DNA of 32,000 nt, taken from an uncultured Erysipelotrichaceae bacterium (GTDB lineage Bacteria > Bacillota_I > Bacilli_A > Erysipelotrichales > Erysipelotrichaceae). Numbering within the stretch: the first letter of the stretch is position 1; every line of letters begins with the position of its first letter. The stretch lies in NCBI GenBank assembly GCA_942492995.1, contig OW818653.1, positions 1,440,001-1,472,000 of the forward strand, read 5' to 3'. Made by a program: the position numbers and the translations under genes. The notes beneath the pieces are model-generated. The model was given only the letters and a program-made list of their open reading frames with translations. It searched no databases and was not told where the DNA came from. This document shows, one piece after another, positions 16,515 to 23,267 of the stretch.

Positions 16515-16549
16515 ACATAGTATTATACTATGTCTCAATTAATATTCAA
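16515..16549 (-). promoter_or_regulatory. phn operon promoter with a 19-bp perfect palindrome over the -10
   Basis: On the minus strand: -35 TTGAAT (16549-16544), a 16-nt spacer, then -10 TATAAT (16527-16522). ACATAGTAT-T-ATACTATGT (16515-16533) has perfect 9-bp arms centred on the -10. Confidence 0.5.
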
Positions 16550-16578
16550 TGTACACGTAAAGTTTTTTTTACAATATT

Positions 16579-16587
16579 TGCTATAAT
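16579..16587 (+). promoter_or_regulatory. extended -10 (TGcTATAAT) for the nucleotidase gene; implies a leaderless transcript
   Basis: TG lies at 16579-16580 and TATAAT at 16582-16587. The ATG at 16594 is the 7th nt after the -10. No SD lies between them. Confidence 0.4.
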
Positions 16588-16593
16588 TAACGC

Positions 16594-18105
16594 ATGAGAA
16601 AAATAAAGCTATTATCTACTACAGATATTCATGGAACATTATCAACTTATTCGTATATCGACCAAACAATTAAACCACAAGGTCTATCTCGATACGCTAC
16701 TGCAGTAAATCAATTTAGATTAGATAATGAATGTATTGTGGTTGATAATGGTGATAGTCTACAAGGAAGTCCACTTTTAACCTATGCACATCGCATTCAT
16801 GCGAAACCTAATCCACTTGCGCTCGTTTTTAATGAAATTGGGTTAGATTATTACAATTTAGGGAATCATGATTTTAATTATGGAGAATCAATTCTGTTGG
16901 ATTATATGAATGATCTAAACGCATTATGTTTAACATCAAACATCTTATACAAGGATAAACCAATTGGTCAAACTAGAATACATATTACTAACGATAATAC
17001 TAAAATCGCATTGATTGGTTTATGTACAGACTATATCCCAAATTGGGAAAAACCTGAACACATAAAGAACTTTACATTCTTAGATCCAATTCAAACACTA
17101 CGAACTGAACTTTCAAAATTAGAACAAGTGAATTATCGAATCGTTTATTATCACGGAGGATTTGAACGTGATCTCGTTACTGGATTACCGACAGAAGTAC
17201 TTACTGGAGAAAATGTTGGATATGCATTAAGTCAAATTCCTGGAATTGATTTATTAATAACAGGCCACCAACATCGCTCAATCTCTGCAGTAATAAATAC
17301 ATTACCAGTTATGCAATGTTCACTCAATGCGACAGAATTTATGTTTGCGGACATTAACCTAGATACACATAAAATTGATCATAAACTCATTTCAATGTCT
17401 GACTATTCATTTAATCCACAGATTGAATTATTGATTAAACCATTTGATGATGAAACCCAGATTTGGTTAGATCAAAAACTAGGCCATATCTATGGGTATA
17501 ATTTCCTTGTCAAAGATCCATTTGATGCACGTGTACATAAACATCCATACGTAAGTTTTATCAATCATGTTCAGATGGAAGTTACACACGCTGATATCAG
17601 CGCAACCGCTTTATTTAATCAAGTCTTGGGACTTGGTCCAGATATTAGTTATCGTGATTTAGTAAACAATTATGTATATCCAAATAGCTTAATTGTTAAA
17701 GAAATGAATGGGAAAACATTAAAAGCATATCTTGAACAATGTGCGGATTATTTCGTTGTGAATGATGGACAACTTTCTGTTAATCCTTTATTTGATGAAC
17801 CAAAACCACAACACTTTAATTATGATATGTTAGATGGGATTGATTACACACTAAAGATATCGAATCTTTTGGGAGAACGAGTTGTTGAACTACGATTTAA
17901 CGATAAAGATGTACTCGATACCGATCTCTTTACTGTCGCAATGAACAACTATCGTGCAAGTGGTGGTGGTAACTTCCATATGATACCTTCCTGCAAAACA
18001 ATCCTAGAAATTCAACGAGATATGACAGATATCTTAGCTGAATACATACAGAATAAAAAAATCGTGACAATTGAACATCACGATAATATAAAGGTTATTA
18101 TTTAG
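16594..18105 (+). CDS. bifunctional metallophosphatase/5'-nucleotidase family protein (UshA/CpdB-like), no signal peptide
   Basis: 503 aa. The metallophosphatase motifs TDIHG, DNGDSLQG, GNHDFNYG and GHQH are present, followed by a C-terminal 5'-nucleotidase substrate-binding domain. The N-terminus is not hydrophobic. Confidence 0.85.
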   Translation: MRKIKLLSTTDIHGTLSTYSYIDQTIKPQGLSRYATAVNQFRLDNECIVVDNGDSLQGSPLLTYAHRIHAKPNPLALVFNEIGLDYYNLGNHDFNYGESILLDYMNDLNALCLTSNILYKDKPIGQTRIHITNDNTKIALIGLCTDYIPNWEKPEHIKNFTFLDPIQTLRTELSKLEQVNYRIVYYHGGFERDLVTGLPTEVLTGENVGYALSQIPGIDLLITGHQHRSISAVINTLPVMQCSLNATEFMFADINLDTHKIDHKLISMSDYSFNPQIELLIKPFDDETQIWLDQKLGHIYGYNFLVKDPFDARVHKHPYVSFINHVQMEVTHADISATALFNQVLGLGPDISYRDLVNNYVYPNSLIVKEMNGKTLKAYLEQCADYFVVNDGQLSVNPLFDEPKPQHFNYDMLDGIDYTLKISNLLGERVVELRFNDKDVLDTDLFTVAMNNYRASGGGNFHMIPSCKTILEIQRDMTDILAEYIQNKKIVTIEHHDNIKVII

Positions 18106-19130
18106 TTAAAGATACTAGTAATATAATTATACGCTGGTAAGAATGACTCATATGCTTCACTCGTAGCTTCTACTAATCCATTTACTTTCATCGCATCGAG
18201 TAATGGATTTTTTATTTCAGCTTGACTCATATTTATCAAACTTGTTTGAATTGCTTTAACAAGATTTTCATCAATTACTTCATTGATTGTCGAATAAACA
18301 ACTGGATCATGTAAGATTGGATCCGAAAGTCCAACTAATTTAACTTCATCATAGATCGATGCTGGTCGTGCAAATCCTTCTGCTCTTTCACTTGCTTGCC
18401 AAATAGACGCATATTCTTCACGAAGTGTATCTGGCCCTACCACAACATCACATTCTTGTTTAGCCAATCGTTCCATTAACTCTGGATAACCCTTCACAAC
18501 AAGTTCATGATCAAACAATTCCGCAATTCGTCTTGAATAGTTATTAATTAACCATAAACTTGGATAAATATACCCTTCTTGTGATGTGACAAGGATATGG
18601 CACCATTTAGCACTATTCAAATCAATCCATGTTAATGCTTGATTCTGTTTAACCTTATTATATAGTTCAATTCCTTTTACAGATGAACCTAAATAAATTC
18701 CAGAAAAGTGATAATCAAGAAATGCACTGTTTTCTTCTAATTGAACTTCATCATTCCAAAGTGATAAATCATCCGTCGCAAGATTATAGGTTTTTTCAGT
18801 CTGTGTTAATATCACTTCTAGATTATCTTCACGATTTTCAAAGTAACTTAATTTAGTAAGAAATCCAATATCAGCTAATTGTGTCTCAATCATTTCAGTT
18901 GCTTGGATATTGGTAGAGGCACGAAATACACTTAAATCCGCCACATCATATCCATTCTTTAAAAGTTCTTTCTTAAATGATTCCACAAACTCATCTTTAG
19001 TCTGTAAAAAGACTTCATCACTTATGTTTGGTGATAATACAACTTGAAGAGATTCTACTTTAGTCGGTAGAATAACTTGGCATGCCTGTAGAGGCAATAA
19101 TAAAATAAGTACGAATAATATTTTTTTCAT
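18102..19130 (-). CDS. second PhnD-like substrate-binding lipoprotein (orphan paralogue)
   Basis: I moved the start to ATG 19130 (MKKILFVLILLLPLQAC, lipobox LQAC). Blocks align with PhnD at 15443-16474: AKWCHILVTSQEGYIYPSLWL against AQWCVSSSATSSAGYVYPTMWL, and CDVVVGPDTLREEYASIW against CDVGVGYADIRRDYEAQW. Confidence 0.75.
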   Translation of the reverse strand: MKKILFVLILLLPLQACQVILPTKVESLQVVLSPNISDEVFLQTKDEFVESFKKELLKNGYDVADLSVFRASTNIQATEMIETQLADIGFLTKLSYFENREDNLEVILTQTEKTYNLATDDLSLWNDEVQLEENSAFLDYHFSGIYLGSSVKGIELYNKVKQNQALTWIDLNSAKWCHILVTSQEGYIYPSLWLINNYSRRIAELFDHELVVKGYPELMERLAKQECDVVVGPDTLREEYASIWQASERAEGFARPASIYDEVKLVGLSDPILHDPVVYSTINEVIDENLVKAIQTSLINMSQAEIKNPLLDAMKVNGLVEATSEAYESFLPAYNYITSIFN

Positions 19131-19179
19131 CGTATAGATTTTAACACACATCAAATAAAAAATCGTTGTGTAACGATTT

Positions 19180-19479
19180 TTATTCATCCTTCATTATTTT
19201 TCGAGCTTGTGCTAAAACCATAACCCCATTCATCGATCCATACGCTTTATCATCGATAACCGCAACAGGGCAAGGCAATTCTTTTTGTAAATCTTTTAAA
19301 TGGAATCGAATTTGTGGACCGATCAGTACGATATCCGCATCTTTAGCATAGTTAGCGCTTGTAGAAGAAAATGCTTCAACCTTGCATTCATAACCAATTT
19401 CTTTAGCGGCATCTCTTATCTTTAATACGAGTAAACTACTGGACATTCCTGCACCACAAAATAAGACAATTTTTTTCAT
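19180..19479 (-). CDS. PTS lactose/cellobiose-family EIIB component
   Basis: 99 aa. MKKIVLFCGAGMSSSLLV contains the phospho-Cys motif (C-x-x-G-x-S-S). Size and pattern match EIIB(Cel/Lac). Confidence 0.85.
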   Translation of the reverse strand: MKKIVLFCGAGMSSSLLVLKIRDAAKEIGYECKVEAFSSTSANYAKDADIVLIGPQIRFHLKDLQKELPCPVAVIDDKAYGSMNGVMVLAQARKIMKDE

Positions 19480-19611
19480 ATTTACCTCATTTCGAATACT
19501 ATTATGGCATAAGTATTTGACACTTTCAATTGTATGGCTGGTTTCTATACATATGCAATGAAAACGCTTATAATATGGTTAAGCTTGTCATAAGTAAAAG
19601 GAGAATTAAAA

Positions 19612-20169
19612 ATGGAATATATCGGTTATATTTTACTCGGACTGGTAGTCGTTGTCGTATTCTACGCTGTTGGTGGATACAATACGCTTGTCTCGCTACG
19701 TAACCAAGTTGAAGAAGCTTTCTCTACTATGGATGTCTATTTGACTAAACGTTATGATCTAATTCCTAATCTTGTGGAAACCATCAAAGGTTATGCCAAA
19801 CATGAAAAAGAAACATTAGAAGCGGTAATATCTGCTCGTAATAAAGCAGTTAGCGCAACTTCAATGGAAGGTAAGATTGAAGCTGAAAATGCGATGTCTG
19901 GAGTTATCGGACGTTTATTCGCTTTAGCTGAAGCTTATCCAGATCTAAAGGCAAACACAAACTTCTTAGACTTACAAACTCAATTAAAAGCAATCGAAGA
20001 TGATATTGCGAATGCACGTAAGTATTTCAATGGTGTTACTCGTCAATACAATACAAAGATTGAAGTATTCCCAATGAACCTATTAGCAGGTATCTTTGGA
20101 TTCACGAAGAAACCACTCTTTGTGGTTGCGGATGAACAACAACGTCAAAACGTTAAAGTATCATTCTAA
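19612..20169 (+). CDS. lemA: LemA family protein
   Basis: 185 aa with an N-terminal TM. The blocks YNTLV.LRNQVEEAFS..DV.L.RY.LIPNLVETIKGYAKHEKETL are typical of LemA. An AAAGGAG SD lies upstream. Confidence 0.9.
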   Translation: MEYIGYILLGLVVVVVFYAVGGYNTLVSLRNQVEEAFSTMDVYLTKRYDLIPNLVETIKGYAKHEKETLEAVISARNKAVSATSMEGKIEAENAMSGVIGRLFALAEAYPDLKANTNFLDLQTQLKAIEDDIANARKYFNGVTRQYNTKIEVFPMNLLAGIFGFTKKPLFVVADEQQRQNVKVSF

Positions 20170-20170
20170 A

Positions 20171-20191
20171 AGGGGATCTACCCCTTTTTTT
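20171..20191 (+). terminator. weak hairpin plus T-run between lemA and the DUF2207 gene (possible partial terminator)
   Basis: AGGGG-atcta-CCCCT is followed by TTTTTT. The stem is only 5 bp, so this is likely leaky. Confidence 0.35.
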
Positions 20192-20200
20192 GGAGTAAAA

Positions 20201-22078
20201 ATGAAAAAATTTATCTTAATGAGTTTCGCTTTACTCTTATTGAGCTTCACAACTGTATCTGCCTATGATCCAGTCGTCATCAACACCTTTGATATAAAAA
20301 TGGTAGTGGATGAAAATGGGCTTATTAAAGTAGATCAAACACTTGATGTCCAGTTTAATGAAGATCGTCATGGAATATATGCTTATATTCCTCAATCCTA
20401 TAATATGGTTTGGACGATTGATAACCAAGAGATAGAAAAGAGCTATTACTTTCCTGTTCGTAATGTCCAAGTGTTTGGGGATGATTATGAATCAGAGACC
20501 GATGGTTATGATAATGTAGTGCTTAAAATTGGGGATGAAGATCGTACAATTTACGGTCAAAAAACCTATCATTATTCTTATACCCTCCAACTTAGAGATC
20601 TTGATTTAGAAGGAAGACAGATTTTCTATCAAAATCTAGTTGGGGATGGATGGCAGATTCCGATTAATAATGTGACATTTAGTATTACTCTTCCTAAATC
20701 ATGGCCGAGTGATATTCAATTCTATTCTGGTTTATATGGTAGTAATGATGTCGCAAATGTAAACTATGATGTTGTTGGTAATGTATTAACGGGTAGTTAT
20801 ACTGAACCATTATTAACGTATCAAGCCTTAACAATTTACGCTCCTCTTCCAAATGATTACTTTACATTTATTCCTCCAACAGATTACAGTGTCATTATTC
20901 TTGGGTTTAGTATTGCCTTATTACTCCTTGCGTTTGTATTATTCTTACGCTTTGGTAAAGATGATATTGTGGTAGAAACAGTAGAATTCAATCCTATTCC
21001 AGGATTGAGTAGTGCTCAAGTTGGATTTGTGTATGATGGAATGGTTGATTCAAAGGATATTATCTCTCTAATTATTGAATGGGGATATAAAGGTTACTTG
21101 AGTATTACCGAAACTGAAGGTACCAAGGATTTTACATTAACTAAGTTAAAAGAAATTGACTTAAGTGAAATCAAAGCTGAACAAACACTCTTCCATCAAT
21201 TATTTAAAACAGGCGAGATTGTATCAAGTGATACATTAAAGAATACGTTCTATATCGCTATGCAAAATGCGAAGAATGATGTGTACCGTTATTTCCAAGG
21301 AAATCCTAAACGTAATATTTATTCCAATACCGCAACTTTCTTAAAAGTACTATTTGGAAGTATCGGTTTGATTCCACTTGCGCTCTTGTTTGCGAATTAT
21401 TATTACATGTTAAGTTATCGTGGTATCGTATCGTTTATCATTGCGGGCGTAATCTTCTTATTTGGTTCTTCACTTGGGGCATGGTTAATCTATTCGGTTA
21501 AACGTTGGCCTTCACAAAAATCTTATCTAAGAATGATAAACGCTGTGTTCTTATTCATCCTATTCGCATTATTTACCTTTGGTTCATTCATTGTGTCTTA
21601 CTTTATCTTAATTCCTGTATGGCAATATGCCCTTGTTCTATTATTGACACTCATCCTACTAGGACTCGTCTCAGTGATGGATAAACGTACTGAGTTAGGC
21701 ATTACCTACCTTGGTAAAATACTTGGTCTGAAACGCTTTATAGAGGTTGCGGAGAAAGATCGATTAGAGATGATGGTAAAAGATGATCCAACATATTTCT
21801 ATAAAATATTACCGTATGCCTATGTGCTAAATGTATCCGATGTATGGAGTAAGAAATTTGAATCAATAGCGATTGAACAACCTTCATGGTATTCAGGACC
21901 TAATACACACTTCAATACATTCATCTTTATGAATTCATTCAATCATACTTTATCAAATATGAATCAAGTCATGACATCAATTCCTCAACGTTCTGGAACA
22001 GGCGGTGGTGGATTTGGCGGTGGTGGCGGTGGATTCAGTGGTGGTGGATTTGGTGGCGGTGGCGGCGGAAGCTGGTAA
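20201..22078 (+). CDS. DUF2207 domain-containing membrane protein with Gly-rich C-terminal tail
   Basis: I moved the start to ATG 20201 (GGAG SD; signal MKKFILMSFALLLLSFTTVSA). It has a large N-terminal exported domain, several TMs and the tail GTGGGGFGGGGGGFSGGGFGGGGGGSW. This architecture and the pairing with lemA are typical of DUF2207. Confidence 0.85.
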   Translation: MKKFILMSFALLLLSFTTVSAYDPVVINTFDIKMVVDENGLIKVDQTLDVQFNEDRHGIYAYIPQSYNMVWTIDNQEIEKSYYFPVRNVQVFGDDYESETDGYDNVVLKIGDEDRTIYGQKTYHYSYTLQLRDLDLEGRQIFYQNLVGDGWQIPINNVTFSITLPKSWPSDIQFYSGLYGSNDVANVNYDVVGNVLTGSYTEPLLTYQALTIYAPLPNDYFTFIPPTDYSVIILGFSIALLLLAFVLFLRFGKDDIVVETVEFNPIPGLSSAQVGFVYDGMVDSKDIISLIIEWGYKGYLSITETEGTKDFTLTKLKEIDLSEIKAEQTLFHQLFKTGEIVSSDTLKNTFYIAMQNAKNDVYRYFQGNPKRNIYSNTATFLKVLFGSIGLIPLALLFANYYYMLSYRGIVSFIIAGVIFLFGSSLGAWLIYSVKRWPSQKSYLRMINAVFLFILFALFTFGSFIVSYFILIPVWQYALVLLLTLILLGLVSVMDKRTELGITYLGKILGLKRFIEVAEKDRLEMMVKDDPTYFYKILPYAYVLNVSDVWSKKFESIAIEQPSWYSGPNTHFNTFIFMNSFNHTLSNMNQVMTSIPQRSGTGGGGFGGGGGGFSGGGFGGGGGGSW

Positions 22079-22084
22079 ACATTT

Positions 22085-22116
22085 AACGTGAACATCTAAA
22101 GTGTTCGCGTTTTTTT
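22085..22116 (+). terminator. intrinsic terminator after the DUF2207 gene
   Basis: aacgtgaaca (22085-22094) pairs with tgttcgcgtt (22102-22111). This gives a 10-bp stem with one G-U pair, followed by TTTTTT. Confidence 0.65.
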
Positions 22117-22155
22117 ATGTAGAATTTGGTACGATAGAGATAGAGAGGTACATAT

Positions 22156-22788
22156 ATGAAAGTTAACTTCTTAACCAGTGGATTCCCAAATGGATTAACC
22201 ACTGAGTTCACACTAGAACTCAATAAATATTTACCTGTTAATCCTTCATTCGTATTCATCGCATCTGATTTCTCGCAACCTGAACGAACGCAGTATTTTT
22301 TAGATGTACTCATTCAATCATTTAGAGATAAAGGTCTTGTGTTTAAATCAGTTCATACCATCGATTTTCATATTACAGCTGAGGTAGCGCGTGAATTAAT
22401 CTACGAAGCCGATGTTATATGGATCGCGGGAGGACCTACTCTAAAACAAATGAACTATATTAAACAGTATGAGTTAATTCCTAATTTATTGAATCGTAAT
22501 GGTATTACGATTGGGATGAGTGCTGGATCAATCAATATGGCTAAACGTGCTGTTTTGATTGAAGATACAGATGATAATGTAAAGACAGAAATCTATGAAG
22601 GTATTGGTTTAGTCGATTTAAATATCGAACCGCATCTTAATTATGCGAGTATTGATCACATTAAAAATATAGAGAGTTTAAATAATGAAACAATTATTGG
22701 ATTATACGATAACTCGTTTATTGTTTTAACAGATGATAAACAAGAGTATTTTGGTAAATATAGAGTATTCGAAAAAAAAGAATCATAA
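22156..22788 (+). CDS. peptidase S51 (dipeptidase E-like) / type 1 glutamine amidotransferase-like protein
   Basis: 210 aa. The blocks VIWIAGGPT and GMSAGSINM (nucleophile-elbow Ser) match the S51 family pattern. Confidence 0.75.
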   Translation: MKVNFLTSGFPNGLTTEFTLELNKYLPVNPSFVFIASDFSQPERTQYFLDVLIQSFRDKGLVFKSVHTIDFHITAEVARELIYEADVIWIAGGPTLKQMNYIKQYELIPNLLNRNGITIGMSAGSINMAKRAVLIEDTDDNVKTEIYEGIGLVDLNIEPHLNYASIDHIKNIESLNNETIIGLYDNSFIVLTDDKQEYFGKYRVFEKKES

Positions 22789-22799
22789 TTATGATTCTT
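22770..22799 (-). terminator. smpB intrinsic terminator (overlaps the 3' end of the convergent peptidase gene)
   Basis: The inverted repeat is aagaatcata (22778-22787) and tatgattctt (22790-22799). On the minus strand it is followed by TTTTTTTTCG. Confidence 0.55.
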
Positions 22800-23250
22800 A
22801 ACGATTAACCTTTAATACTTTCGCAATTTCACGTTTCGCATCGCGTTCTTTTTCACTTTGACGTTTATCGTGTAATTCTTTACCTTGTGCCAATGCGATT
22901 TCAAGCTTAGCACGACCATCAACCAAATTAAGTGATAATGGAATTACCGTATATCCTTTTAAGATTGATTTACGTTGTAACTTACGTATTTCCTCTTTAT
23001 GTAAGAGTAATTTACGTTCACGCGTCTCTTCATGATTGAATTGATTCCCCTGAACATATTGCGCAATATACATATCACGAATAAAAGCTTCACCTTGCAC
23101 AAAGTGAATATACGCGTCTTTAAACTGAACAGTTCCCTTACGGATAGATTTAATCTCAGTTCCCATAAGTACCATACCAGCTTCAAATTTTTCAATAATA
23201 AAGTAATCGTGAAATGCTTTACGATTGACCGATACAACTTTTACTGCCAT
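22798..23250 (-). CDS. smpB: SsrA-binding protein SmpB
   Basis: NRKAFHDYFIIEKFEAGMVLMGTEIKSIR and the C-terminal basic tail are canonical SmpB. I prefer the start at ATG 23250, which has GAGGTG 3 nt upstream, over the track's GTG at 23256. Confidence 0.92.
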   Translation of the reverse strand: MAVKVVSVNRKAFHDYFIIEKFEAGMVLMGTEIKSIRKGTVQFKDAYIHFVQGEAFIRDMYIAQYVQGNQFNHEETRERKLLLHKEEIRKLQRKSILKGYTVIPLSLNLVDGRAKLEIALAQGKELHDKRQSEKERDAKREIAKVLKVNR

Positions 23251-23267
23251 AAACACCTCAACCTTTT

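Noticed and set aside
16498-16517. Pho-box-like hexamers TTACAC (16499-16504) and TTAACA (16512-16517) near the phn promoter.
   Set aside because: The starts are 13 nt apart, not the 11-nt periodicity of PhoP boxes. There are only two hexamers, and they lie downstream of the predicted phn -10. This is not convincing.
20096-20200. N-terminal extensions proposed by the ORF track: DUF2207 from 20096, PhnD2 from 19187, AKR from 5148 (GTG), the XRE regulator from 10236, its membrane partner from 10046, and smpB from GTG 23256.
   Set aside because: In each case a downstream ATG has a proper SD and yields a canonical N-terminus (signal peptide, lipobox or family N-terminus). The extension would overlap the upstream gene or terminator.
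21985-22075. GGT/GGC-rich tandem-looking DNA at the 3' end of the DUF2207 gene, considered as a possible VNTR or contingency repeat.
   Set aside because: It encodes the Gly/Phe-rich tail that is a normal feature of DUF2207 proteins. The units are imperfect and in frame, so there is no evidence of phase variation.
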